Source of the DNA: Cercozoa sp. M6MM
Lineage: Eukaryota > Protista > Endomyxa: Ascetosporea
Direction: 5' to 3' (one strand)
Assembly (NCBI GenBank): GCA_040357565.1
Contig: JBDODJ010000012.1
DNA: 64,000 nt
Shown here: positions 40,501 to 53,065 of the stretch, in pieces
How positions within the stretch are numbered: position 1 is the first letter of the stretch
Layout: each line of letters begins with the position of its first letter
Position numbers and translations under genes: made by a program
The notes under the pieces: generated by a model
Told to the model about the DNA's origin: nothing
Databases searched by the model: none
What the model saw: the letters and a program-made list of their open reading frames with translations, nothing else

Positions 40501-41227
40501 ATGCAGCGTTTATCACGAGGTGCGTCAGCTATAATTTTTATTTTTTCTCTTCTTTTGTGTGTGTGTGTTTTTTCATGATGTGTTTCCAGGCTCATCTCTG
40601 CGCTGCCTTTCACGATCGGGTGTCCAGGCTGTTAGATGGCGTTCCGAAACTCGCGGCGTTGAGGTACTGTGACTTTCATTTCTGTCGTTGACGCGATTGT
40701 TTTGGATTTTAGGTTGTCCGAATGCCGAAATTTGGCGACGAAGATGGCGCTTTGGTAGCATCTAAATCAGGACACTATCACGTTCTATATTTGTGCCTTG
40801 TACACGTGCGCAGGTGGACGTGACGCAGATCTACAAGCAAGTGGGCGACACAGTAAAGGAAGACGAACCTGTCCTCGCTGTCGAAGATGACAAGTGCTCC
40901 ATTGATGTGTGTTCCCTGCCTTTGTCATTTTCAAGTATTTTGCGGATTGAATGACCGTATCTGTGATCGACAGATTGACGCTCCGTGCGATGGCATCATT
41001 ACAAAGATGTACGCTAAGGAGGTACAAATGGACACTCATCCTACATGCGTTGTTTTATTGTTTTTGGTTTGGTTGTGCTGTAGGACTACGAGTGCGCCGT
41101 GGGCGACAAACTTTTCGAGATCGAGATGACGGCTGGCAAAATGACCGAATCAGACAGCAAAGCAGCCCAGGACACTAAGTCCGACGAGTCCGAGAGCGAC
41201 ACTGCCGAGTCGGTCAAGCCGGAGTAA
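40501..41227 (+). CDS. Stand-alone lipoyl-domain protein with predicted mitochondrial presequence, 139 aa
   Basis: Exons 40501-40519, 40590-40663, 40713-40754, 40814-40906, 40974-41021, 41084-41227 give MQRLSRGSSLRCLSRSGVQAVRWRS...VRMPKFGDEDGALVDVTQIYKQVGDTVKEDEPVLAVEDDKCSIDIDAPCDGIITKMYAKEDYECAVGDKLFEIE plus an acidic tail. Confidence 0.85.
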
Positions 41228-41381
41228 CTGACCGGACGTTCGTCGGTTCGCGTTTCTGCCTGCGCTGCCGGTGCCGTGGATTATGATCACGCCATCGCAT
41301 GGTTGGTTCTTCAGCAGCCTTACTTTACTCGCAACGCAACAACGCAAGTCTCTATGAAACACCAAAGCGTTCAGTTGTCGT

Positions 41382-42887
41382 CTACTGCGGGGAGGCACTG
41401 TAGTTGTAGACGCCGCGGCCGGCCTTCTTACCGAGCCAGCCGGCGTTGACGTAGTTCACCAGCAACGGGCACGGGCGGTACTTGGCATCGCCGAGTTGCG
41501 AGTGCAGCACCTGCATGATGGCGAGACACGTGTCGAGTCCGATGAAGTCACCGAGCGTCAGCGGGCCCATTGGAACGTTGGTGCCTAAGGCAGGGAAGTG
41601 GGGTAAAGGAAGGGGAGTGAGGGTAGGTCTGTGGTTAGGTAGGGGGCCATAGGTACCAAGCTTCATGGTCGTGTCAATATCCTCAGGCGTGGCCACGCCC
41701 TCCTGCAATGTGTAGAAGGCCTCGTTGATGTACGGCATCAGCAGACGGTTGGCAATGAAACCTATCCCCGTATATATCATATCATACATGCCATGGAACA
41801 CACAAGAGAAAGTCTCGGTACCGGGCATGTCCTGCGCCAGCGTGGTGGTCTTTCCCATCTGCTCGGCGAGCTCGAGCGTCTGCTTGAGCGTCTGTTCCGA
41901 TGTCGCCATGCCCGGAATCACCTGTACAAAAGGAAGTGTCGGAAGGGTGTGAAGGGGTGTGGAGTAAAATTGAAGGCATACCTCGACGAGCTTCATCACC
42001 GGAACCGGGTTCATGAAGTGCATGCCAATCACCTTCTCCGGACGCTGCAATAACAGAAGGGTAGACGGGTAGACGGGTAGACGAGTAGAAGGTAGAAGTA
42101 TGAGGACAGGGGTCTGTACCTGCGTAGCACCGGCGATCTTCGTGATCGAGATCGATGACGTGTTACTCTGTACCAAGGGAGAAGAGGGTAAAGGGAGACA
42201 AAGGAAGGTATGAGGGAGGGACTAAAGGTACAGCAAGCACGATGCCAGGGCGCGTGATCTCGTCGAGCTTCTTGAAGATCTGCAGCTTCAGGTCGACGTT
42301 CTCCGTGGCTGCACACAGTCACAGACATTAGCAAAAGCAGAAACATATCAATAGACACAAACATACGTAGATGCATAAATACGTTAGTGAACTAAGTACC
42401 CGCCTCCACGACCATGTCGACGTCCGTGAGAGCGCCGAGCGAGTCCGACGTCGTGATGCGAGCCAGAGCACTGTCTCAGGGGAAGGCCAACGGGTAAAGG
42501 AAGCAAGGGACAAAGGGCAAAGGAAGCAAGGGACAAAGGGCAAAGCAAAGAAGCAAAAGAATAAAGGTGCGTCCTACGCTTGAGCGTCCTCCTGCTGCAT
42601 GCGGCCCTTCTGCACGTTGCGCTGCAGCGTCTTCTCGGCCAGCTTCAGCGCGCCGTCCAGCTGCGCCGACGACTGGTCCATCAGGATCACGTTGCGGCCC
42701 GCGTTGGCGGCCGACACGATCGCGATGCCGCTGCCCATCTACTTAAGGCACAAGTTCATGGACATACGACACTGTGCGTGCGCTGCAACTCTACCTGGCC
42801 AGCGCCGACGACGCCGATCGACTTGACCGACTCCGCTGAGAAAGCGCGAACACCGCGCGAAGCACACACACGAAGCGAAGGCAACAT
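41382..42887 (-). CDS. Mitochondrial 3-hydroxybutyryl-CoA/3-hydroxyacyl-CoA dehydrogenase
   Basis: [37 protein letters not shown] (Rossmann fold), [71 protein letters not shown]. Confidence 0.95.
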
Positions 42888-43137
42888 TTCTGCACTGTAC
42901 TGAGCACACTATGTTTGCTACTGAAGTCTTCGGAGGGACCCGCGTGTGACTTCCGGCTCGTTTGGGATCACCGGATTCCCATAACCAGTAGCGAAGCGAC
43001 AACGACTCGTCTTTCTGTTTTTCGCCGGCGTTTGAATCTCCACCGTGCATTTTAGAGTGCCGCAGGGAGCGCCACGTGCAGACTGAGATATAGCGAACCC
43101 GTTGGTGGCAATATTAAGCACTAAACTGTTGAAGGAG

Positions 43138-46100
43138 ATGAAGTTCGTCTGTGTGACTGGCGGCGTGATCAGCGGCCTTGGGTACTTTTCCGCGTTTTTT
43201 TCTTTTTGCTCGGGATGGGTTTGTTGCAGCAAGGGCATTGTGGCTTCGTCGACGGGTCTGTTGCTGCAGCAGTCGGGCCTCAAGGTCACTTCCATTAAGA
43301 TCGACCCCTACCTCAACGTTGATGGTACTCACGTGCCTGTCCGCAGTCTCAGGTCTTGATTGTTGTATTTTGCTGATTTTAGCCGGCACGATGTCGCCTT
43401 TTGAGCATGGCGAATGTTTTGTCTGCAATGACGGTAGCTTTTGCTTTGACAATATCGTTTTATTTGTACGAGTTATTATTGTTGGAGCAGGTGCCGAGAC
43501 CGACCTGGACATTGGCAACTACGAGCGCTTCCTGAACCTATCGCTCACTGCTGCGCACAACCTGACTACGGTATTCTTTCTTGCGTGTATTCAACTCTGG
43601 CGTATTTATGCTCGTGTATCGATATTTGGATTTGTGCCGTGTCTAGGGCAAGATCTACCACCGCGTGTTAAACAACGAGCGCCAGGGCAAGTACCTCGGC
43701 CGCACGGTACCACATCCTCGGTCTCAGGAGAGTTGCTCGTATACCTTGCTTGGATTGATTTGATGCAGGTGCAAACTGTCCCGCACGTGACGGACGCCAT
43801 TATTGATCACATTCGCACGGTGTCGCGTGTGCCGGTCGACGGCAGCGAGGACGTGCCGGACGTGTGCCTCATTGAACTTGGTGGCACCGTCGGTGACATT
43901 GAGTCGCAGGTCTACCTCGAGGTACTGACTGCCCTTTGTGTTTCTTCGAATTGCATTCATTGCGCTCATCGGCTATGTCTCGGCGCAGGCGCTGCGTCAG
44001 CTGGCCAACCGCGTGGGCCGCGATAACTTGTGTCTCCTCCATGTGGTCAAGGTCATCACGACTGGTACGTATCTTATGTCCTGTGTTCGTCTCCACTGAC
44101 GCGCAAGCTTGTTTGTGTAGGCGAAGGCCAGAAGAGTAAGCCCACGCAGCACTCGATGAAGGAGCTGCGCTCGGCCGGTCTGCAACCGGACGCGATCATC
44201 TGTCGCTGCCAGGGCGAACTGTCGCGCTCGGTGCGCGAGAAGATTTCGCTATTTGGTGCTCTCTGAGTCCTTCTCTTGTCCTAGGTTGAGCGCGCCATTT
44301 TATGTCTGCGCTGTGCACAGGAAACGTGCCAGCGGGCAGCGTGTTTGCCAACATTGACTTGCCGTCGATTTACGCTGTTCCGGAATACCTTAACCGCCAG
44401 GGTCTTGCGCAGGCCGTACCTTGCGCCATACATATGTCAATTTTGTATATTGGTGAGTATGTACTGACTTGCTCTTCCAGGTACTTGCTCGCCTCCGCAT
44501 GAACGTCCTGCCGCCGTCTGGCATGCCTCGTACGTTTTTTCATTCTTCTGCTGCCCTTTGTATTTGTAATGAGGCAGTTTTGAATTGGTCGATGTGCCTG
44601 TGCAGAGTGGCTTCAGAATGCCGCACAGAACCACGCCACCCAACTGCCTGTATTAGTTTTTTTTTCTTTTGTTCCAAAGTATAGGTTTGTTTGTATGTTT
44701 TGTTGTTTTGAAGGAGCTGCACATCGCGCTTGTCGGTAAGTACACCGGCAACCCTGACTCTTACCTCTCCGTGGCCAAGGTAACCCGTCTATCCTTCTTT
44801 CTATGTCCGCTGTATCATATGTACCTGTTGTAGGCGCTCGAGGCCGCTTGCGTGCGCGCGCAGCGTCGCCTTGTAATCGAATACATTGAGGGCAGCTCGC
44901 TCATGAAGGTGTGCTTACGCGTTTTATTGTACTCAATGTACTTAATATTATTTTGCTGTTTAGGGCGAGGAGAACTACGAGCAGGAATGGCAGCGCCTGA
45001 AGCGTTGCCATGGTACTATCCTGCGCTGTCGTCGTACGTCTGGAGTTTACACCTCTGGTGTGTCCTTAGGCATCTTGGTTCCGGGTGGCTTTGGTGACCG
45101 GTCGACTGAAGGTATTTGAGTCTTGTTGCGCCAGTTTCTTGTGCCGGTGTTGACCGTGAGCGTATCTGCAACAGGCAAAATTGCGGCCATTGCGTACGCC
45201 CGCGAGTCGGGCGTGCCCTTCTTTGGTGCATTGATCTTCTCTGCAGGTTTACCCTTGTTTACGCAGCATGTTGCGTGCAGGCATTTGCCTTGGCATGCAA
45301 TTGGCGGTGGTTGAATTCGCTCGCAACGTCGTTGGAATTACCAAGGCCACTTCACAGGTATCGTTTTTGTTAGGGGACGCATGAACGCTAGTTTGAATTT
45401 ACGTGAGTGTGCGATTGCAGGAGTTTGTGAAGGAGGCGTCGTCGCCGAGTATGTCGCTCGAGGAGCAGGAAGACAACTGCGTGATTGTCTTCATGCCCGA
45501 GCATGGCAAGGTAGATTTTCTTCTATGTGACTGACCGATGCTGTCAAAATTCGCGCTGTTTTTCTCAAAGGTGATGGGAGGTGGCATGCGTCTGGGCGCG
45601 CACACCACGATCATCCAGGACAAACAGTCGCTTGCGTACAAGCTTTACGGAAAGACGCACGTGTCGGTATGTTTTCTTGCCCGGTGGGGTTTTTTTTTAC
45701 AACGTACGAGTAGGAGCGCCATCGCCACCGATACGAGGTTTCGCCTGCGCACATCGCGCAGCTGCAGGTGAGAGCACGTTTATTTAACATTAAAGTTTGT
45801 GCATGAACCAGATAAATGTTACCGTGTTGTGTGCAGGAGGGCGGTCTGATCTTCAGTGGCGTTGGCGAAGGTGCGGAGCAGGACAAACCTCGCATGGAGA
45901 TTCTCGAACTTCCGCAGGTACATATTCGTGTGTGATGTTTGGAAAAAAAAATATATATATGTATATGTGTATATCTGCCTGCGCTTCTTTAGGATCAGCA
46001 CCCGTTCTTCTTTGCCGTGCAGTTCCATCCGGTGCCTTGTTTTTTTGCTTGTTCCCTTCGTACCTGTCTGATTTGTATTTGGGAAGCATGAATATGGTTG

Positions 46101-46197
46101 TCTGTGTGTCTGGAATGCCCAGGAGTTTATCTCGCGTCCGATGAAACCGCAGCCGGTGTTCTGCGGATTTGTGAACGCTTCTTGCGATCAACAGTGA
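43138..46197 (+). CDS. CTPS: CTP synthase, 22 introns
   Basis: Fully spliced: [92 protein letters not shown]. Stop TGA 46195-46197. Confidence 0.98.
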
Positions 46198-46646
46198 ACC
46201 AGCAGTCGCTTCGGCGGGTTCGCGGGCTCGGCGTTCCCATGTTCATCATGCTCGATCCTAAGAGGAGCTGATTTGGACACCGTCATAGTTCTTTCTCACT
46301 TTCAACGCAACGCAAACGCCACCGCTCGTGTGCGTTGCGGTGTACCATAGAAGGAGGGAGTTACGGCTGGGAAATGTCTCAACCTCACCTCCTCCCTCCA
46401 AGTTTATTTATTCGATTTAATCCTTGCTTCTCGCTCAGTCTAGTTCCTACCTCCTCCCTCCAAGTTTGTTTCAATGTTGACGTTCGGTTGTTGCGTCTTA
46501 TTGGAAACCAATTCGATTGTTGACGGGTCAAAGCACTTCGAGATTGAATTAAAAGCACGTGTGCAGGGGGGGGGGGGGGGGGAATCGAGCCATAAGAAGA
46601 TAAGTAAAATGATGCAGACCAGCCACAGATGTTAGTATAAATTTAC

Positions 46647-47129
46647 TTATCGGCGAGGCAGAATCGCACCCAACAGCAGAACTGCGATCCAGCACAAGAT
46701 CGCTAGCTTGCACAGGTTTTGCTGTGATCGCTCATCCGAACACGGCACCGTTACTACGGCATCGTTCATTATCGAGCAACACTTGTTCCAACGTCGCGAG
46801 GCATTTCAAGTCAAGTGGGTACCGTTCGGATCGAGAATTTGGTGAGGCATAAACGGAAGTTCAACAACGCTTCGAGTTGACGCCGAGTCGGCCTCGACGT
46901 CGTATGCAAGGAGCGCTGTACCGAGATCCGTTCGCGTCTCAGTTTGCATCCCAAGGGAAACCTGAACAACTTTTAAGAGGCAATTGAAAAGCCGATCCTG
47001 ATTCACGCCAGGACAGCAAATGCTCATGCCCGATGGCTTGTGACGTGCCGCGCCTGTAGGCGTACCTCCCGGATTTATCCATTTTGAGAAAGCCAGCGAG
47101 GCGACCCATACGTATGGGCGTTGGAACAA
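46647..47129 (-). CDS. Possible small hypothetical protein with hydrophobic C-terminus
   Basis: Open segments on the minus strand ending ...LCKLAILCWIAVLLLGAILPRR*, divergent from the phosphoesterase gene. The splice model was not resolved. Confidence 0.2.
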
Positions 47130-47187
47130 TGTAAATGCACGCCTATGCAGTCAATACTGTGCTGAAGTTCAGTTTCGGGTTTTATCG

Positions 47188-49199
47188 ATGCATTTGACTG
47201 TATCTTGGCTTCTTGTTTTTCTTAGGAGACTTGCCGTCATACAGCTGGCTGTGTACTGCAACCTGCTCGCGCTTTGCGTGGCGGCACCGCTACGCACAGG
47301 AGTTTTGTATGTTTCCAGAGCCGAAACTGTGAATAATAAAATGTGCTGCGGTTTCAAATCGATGCATCGTGTTTTTTTTTTGTTGGCTTCGGTTCAGAGA
47401 TGACACCAAGGTTCTCTACTTCAACAAGAATGACACCTTCAAAATCCTACAGGTGCTGATCTCAACCTAAATATCCCCACACACTCAGGATATTTCGTAT
47501 CGGTATGTAGATCTCAGACGTGCACATGTTGAATGGTCGAAGTGAAGAAGTGTGCCGCGACTCCGATGTATGAATGAGTTTGCGTCTGATCTTATCTTCC
47601 CACTGTAAATTTATTTTCTGTACATCAGCGTGCGTTTTTTGCAGGTGAATTGCTCAGAAGGTGCCACATTGCGCACCTTGGTACCTAAATAGATTTTTCC
47701 ACTGCATATGTTTTCCAGTTTGACTCACTTGTTTTGAAAAAGAAACTAGTGGAAGCGGCGATTGAGCGCGAAAAGCCCAATTTAGTTGCCTTCACGGGTG
47801 TGTAAAGGCCTCATCAGCTCCAATACCAACACTTCGATACAATTCTGGAAGGGTTTTGCTAGGGGGTGCTATCAGTCCAGGGTTAATTAATAGGGTTAGG
47901 GATATTGGGGTAATGGGATAAGTGTGTAAACTATAGTGGTATTGACTAAGTAGGGAAGGGGAGGTAACGAGGGTATACTAGGGATGTAAAACAGGCGACC
48001 AGCTTGATGGATACGAAGTGCAGGACTGGAAGAAATCGCTCCACACTCTGGTACGTAGAATGTATATTCCTGTTGCACTCAGCCAAAGCCCCCCCCCCCC
48101 CGCAGATGCGCGTATGCGAGAAATACAAGACACGGTTCGCTCTCGTACTGGGAAATCATGACGATGAGGCACCTGGAAGCACCAGAACTTCGATTATCAA
48201 AGTACGGTGTGGTATAAATGTGATAAGTGCATCGATAGTAGGCGATAATGGGTGGGTTTGCAATTGTCACAGGAAGCAATGACGTCGCCCATGTCTGTAA
48301 CCGCACTGGGTGCCTAAACTTAGCACTGTGTCAGTTGTGATCACGAGTGTTTCACCTCGTTGTCGCCAACAGGACCCTCAGAAATCGAAGGCGCCGGAAA
48401 TTATGTGCACGTCCTGCGACGACGAGGCGACGCGAGTCACAAAGACGTGTTTGCGCTCTTTTTCATGGACTCTGGTGGTTACTATAGAAGCGAAAAGACA
48501 CTAGGCTACGGTAATTGACCACGAAACACAAGGGAATCTAAATTTATACACACCGATGCTTTATAACATGCGACAGATTACTTCGACCCCTCACAAGTTG
48601 CGTGGTTCCAGAAGGCTTCCGGTGCACTAGAGTAAAATTACACTTTCCGCACACGGTTTTGCAATGCTGGAGCATCAAAGTGTCTGTAACAGGGAGCAAA
48701 ACGGGTTCAACGTCCCTGCAATGGCCTTCTTTCACATTCCTTTGTTCGAATTCAACGATGTAAAGTTGCTTTTCCTCGAGTTGTGGAACTTGTACGGAAC
48801 AGTCTTACAGGCCGTGGACCGACTGGGCCAACAGCTTGAAGTACTCAACACTGGTACCGCCACACAGAAGAATCTCCATGGCACAACACGGTTCATCACA
48901 GGCGTGCACAACGGCGGTATGTTCGGTGCCTTTGCTCGCACCGGCAACGTGTTTGCGTGCGCTGCCGGACATGACCACATCAACGACGTATAAATTTCCC
49001 CTTGTCTTCTGTATCATATCGAAGCTATTTCTGTCTGATCGAGTTTGCGCATTTGACAGTACTGCGGACGTGCGCATGGCATCCACATGTGCTTCGCCGG
49101 AGGCACCACCTACGTAAACTACGGGGACAAAAAGTTCGCGAGACGAGTGCGAGTCTTCACGCTGCATCACAAGGGACGTGTCACGACGCATAAGGTACG

Positions 49200-49249
<50 letters not shown>

Positions 49250-49426
49250 CACAAATATAAAATACAGCAAGTGATACTTATTGTCAGCTGCTGGACGCGC
49301 TGGATGACCCACTGGCTCCTGGATTGCGTAGTTTACCACTGCAATGTTTTCGCTAGACTCCGTCAACTGTGCGTTGATAACCCGAATTTGACAGGTGCGC
49401 TGGACTACCAAGTGCTGCGGCATTAG
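47188..49426 (+). CDS. Calcineurin-like metallophosphoesterase, DCR2/purple acid phosphatase 29 type
   Basis: FKILQISDVH, EKPNLVAFTGDQ, LGNHDDE, LFFMDSG, AMAFFHIPL, GHDHINDYCG, RRVRVF. Hydrophobic N-terminus; the start is approximate. Confidence 0.9.
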
Positions 49427-49607
49427 TCACCGCACCGAACAGAACGGAAACTGATCGCATGGGTGTGTTTGCGATACACAGACGAGATCTAGACCTAATA
49501 GCCGAGTTGATACGGTACGTACACTAGGCTCTCGTCTGCCGTACACTAGCACAGCTAGCAGTCTAGTAACTAGCCGACATCGCAGCTGTCCATGCCCGTT
49601 ATATAAG

Positions 49608-52600
49608 CTACTCCGGGATAGCCGCGCGCTCCTTTTTCTCGAAGCCCTCGTCCTGGTCTGCTTCCAAATAGCCCCGGGGCCTGTTCTCGTCGATCGACAG
49701 TTCCGTGTCCTGCGCAGCGCACAACGAAAGTTCCACTTTCACAAGCACTGCACACAAATAGGACAGAAATCAAGGATACCTTGCCAAGCACTTGCAAGAA
49801 GTCCGGCGGGACGGCCTGAGTTTGGACACCAGCGCGTTGAGCCAGCATGTCCCGTGTATCCTGTCAAAAAAGAAGAAAGCCATACCACTCTTGTCAGTAT
49901 AAAGAGGCAATTTACAAACAGGCCGTTCGAAAGCCTCTCAACGAACTTCTTTGTGGCTGCAAGTACACTCATACAACAAGATTCATACCAGAGCGATATG
50001 GAGGCGATACCAAAGCCCGCAGATCCATCGGGCGTCAGCACAATGTCCGGCACGAGACCGGCTTGTGCCCGTTCGACGGCGCCACCCATGGCCTCCTGTA
50101 GAACACGCCGGTACTATCAATAACTCGCTCCATGTGCACGGTCAAAAGACAGACCTTGAGGGCACGGTAGTGCGCCAGACGTCGCACGTACAGGGCCGGC
50201 ATGAACCACTCGCGCGGACATCGCCGGGTCGCGTAGATCTCGTGCTAAACACATACAGGTGGGTGCCAGCATACCTCACTACAGGACAAACACAAGCTGT
50301 ACCTCCATGTACTGCTGCACGTGGAAGTTGGTACGACGGTAGATGAAGGTGTGCAGTGCTTCAGAGTCCGGATCGTCCACAGGCGGACCAAAGATTTTGA
50401 CTACTTGCCTGTGTATCGAGCAAGTATACGTTAGCACATTAGCCAAGAATCTGCGTGTTTGTGTACTTCTCGTCGTGTTCGAGACCGTCGTCCATTTCTT
50501 CGCCCTGAACAAGCCACAGAAAGACACACGTACAAGCACATGCGTATACAATAGCGCAGGGCAAGGCAAAAGGCGCACCCGCTCAACTCGCGCACGTCGC
50601 TCACTCTGCTGTCGTCGCACGGTCGTGGCCTCACTGTCATCAAGTGAGTACACGCAGGAGGGAGCGAGGTAGCCGTGCGAGGGTACCTGCCACCAGAGCG
50701 CAGTTCGTATCGGCGAAGTCGTTCGTCAAAGGCCTGCACATGCGCACCTTTGACCCAGCCGATGTGTCGTCAATGCAGCACTGAGAAAGTACCTGGAAGA
50801 CGCGACCCACGAAGGATTCATCATTCGGTTTGAGTGGCACCAACTCATCCACCAGTGCGGGAGCAGCCTGTCGAAACACGTGCATACAGGTGCACGTGTA
50901 TACACGAGACAGGAGAAAGCCACATTGTGCGTCAGACCGCCGAGAACATGTCTCAGCGCAATTTTTTCGGGGAGCGTCCTACAGGTAAAGCAAGGTAGGT
51001 AGGGTGGGGGGGGGGGTAAGAGTGAAATGCTACAACTCAGCCAGGGGAAGCGCCAGTTCGACGACCTCTTCGGAGTCGATGCCGCGTCGTTTGTTGTACT
51101 GCTTCAACGTGTCGGTGATGTTGGTCGGAGCCTATGTAAAGCACGCATAGAGCGAAGCGTACCCTAGAACTTACATCCAAGTCCACTGCACCCTCTCAAG
51201 AATGATGGAGGCGTCGAGCATGAGTGCTTCATCCGCAGTGAGTCCTGTCCAAGCACGTACCCCAGATACACGAGGGAACAGAACGCCATCCATTGAGAAA
51301 GTACCGTGCTGCATAAGCTCGTTCTGCATCTCGGTGCCTTCGAACGGGTTCTACGAACACACATGGCTGCGCCTCTGTAACTGTACATGCAGTGGTCACA
51401 GAGCTACAATCTGAGCAGCACGTCGCGACTGCATTGACAGGAACGAGAGTTCCAACTCAAACGGTCCCTCACAACTACACAGCCACATCGTATACCTAAT
51501 AGCCAGGAACTACTGTCTTTAAGGTGAGTGTACCGATTGAACACGAGAGCAAACGAATCAAGGAAGCTTAAATCGACGTCACTTGTGATGCGATCAATGC
51601 CTTGTGTGTAGTCTGAACAGCCAGCCATTGTTCACCCCCCCCTGTGTGTTATGTGTCCAGTGTGTACAGTGCGTGTGCGCCTTGTTCTTGTAGAGGTCGA
51701 GCCACTTGCCGCTCTCGCAAACCGCCATCGGCAGACTCCACAGCACGCTGTCGTCGTCCTCGCCGGCCTACCAGCACTCGCATGTGTGTGATGCACATGT
51801 ACACTGGGACAGAGACGAATCTACCTGCACGCGACCGAAACTGACCGAGAAGACAAGAGGATCCGCCGTGGCCGATCGAACGCGCATCGCCAACTGTGAC
51901 CAGTCAAACACAGGGTTTACTTTACACAGAGGGAAGGCATGAAAAGACTACAGTGTCCAACGTATTCAGAGACAGCAGCGACGGCCAGGCGTCGTGGATT
52001 TGCACCACACAGTAGCCGTCGCCCGTGCTACATGGAAGTGTTGAGAGGAAGCGATTGGTGTGTGTGGGGGGGGGGGGGGTAAAGTACCTCGTATCAAGCA
52101 TCTGCGAGTGCTTCAACTCACCGCGAATGCGCAGTGTGCCCTGTCCGAAAGAGAGAGCGAAACTGAAGGGTAAAGACGGGTGACACGGGGTGATATACCT
52201 GGTCAGTCCACTCGGCCTCAATGTGCGAAGCGTCATTCGAGTGACACTTTAGCTTGCCACTAAGAGAAGAGGTACAAGTGCTGTATCAAATGGGGCATGT
52301 GGACAACGAAACCTACCTGTCCAGATACTGCTTCTTCATCTCCTTGTCGTTAGCGTCCAGCAGCACCACCGAGTCCGGTCCTGTGCGTAAAAAACATGAG
52401 GTTGTCACAAGGTACAGCACAAGGAGAAGGAGGACTAACCCGTCCTGCCGTAGGGATGCGATCGACTCGCAAAGTACTCACCTGCCATCTCCTACATATG
52501 CCTCACATAGCTTAGTGCATACAGACAAAGACACATGAGTCTGCACAGGCACATACTGCAAGTGCATGTAGTCGCGGGAATGACTTGCCAGCATTCTGGT

Positions 52601-52931
52601 TCTAATTGAGTCAGAGAAGGAGTGACACATGTAAACGGGGGGGGGGGGGGGGGGGGGGACAACAGTACCTGCAGGATCAGTTGCGCTGCACGCTCCTACA
52701 AATACGATGTTTGAAAGCCCCACATATACAGTCACACAATGCACCTAGTACCTGAATTATGGCACTCGTGGGCATATGCACCCATTGGTACCTCTGAACA
52801 CAGACAAACAAACCGTCATTCTGCGTCCAGTCAACACGGACACAGTATGCGCATACCTGCAGGTTGGCCCATTCGGACGCAGAAACGCGACGTAGCGGGC
52901 CTCCAACCTTGTTCACTAAACGTTGTGACAT
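49608..52931 (-). CDS. Multi-exon protein with a divergent CIA30/NDUFAF1-like domain (complex I assembly factor-like)
   Basis: GTLRIRGELK...GYCVVQ...LSLNTLDTLAMRVRS...SGKWLDL resembles CIA30 (GTALF.G.L, GYC..R, DLS.F.TL.LRVR, G.W). The gene is clear from in-frame splicing; the family call is tentative. Confidence 0.45.
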
Positions 52932-53065
52932 GTTCACACCTACGTGCGCACAACTATAAAAGCGATGAATAGCGTTTTAACTATGCGCAATCGGCTTTAT
53001 TTTTGTCCCAACTATTGCTGACGCACCACAGGGATTGTGTGCAAGTGCACACACGGTAAAATCCA

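Noticed and set aside
43138-46197. Alternative genetic code or stop-codon readthrough
   Set aside because: Apparent in-frame stops fall in introns. The genes spliced in full translate cleanly with the standard code, and TAA, TAG and TGA are all used as terminators.
46566-46592. tRNA T-loop-like GGCTCGATTCC on the minus strand
   Set aside because: No cloverleaf can be formed, and it abuts a homopolymer run.
52440-52491. Possible 5- and 10-nt micro-exons
   Set aside because: A single 52-nt exon (EMAGEYFASRSHPYGRTG) keeps frame with modal-sized introns.
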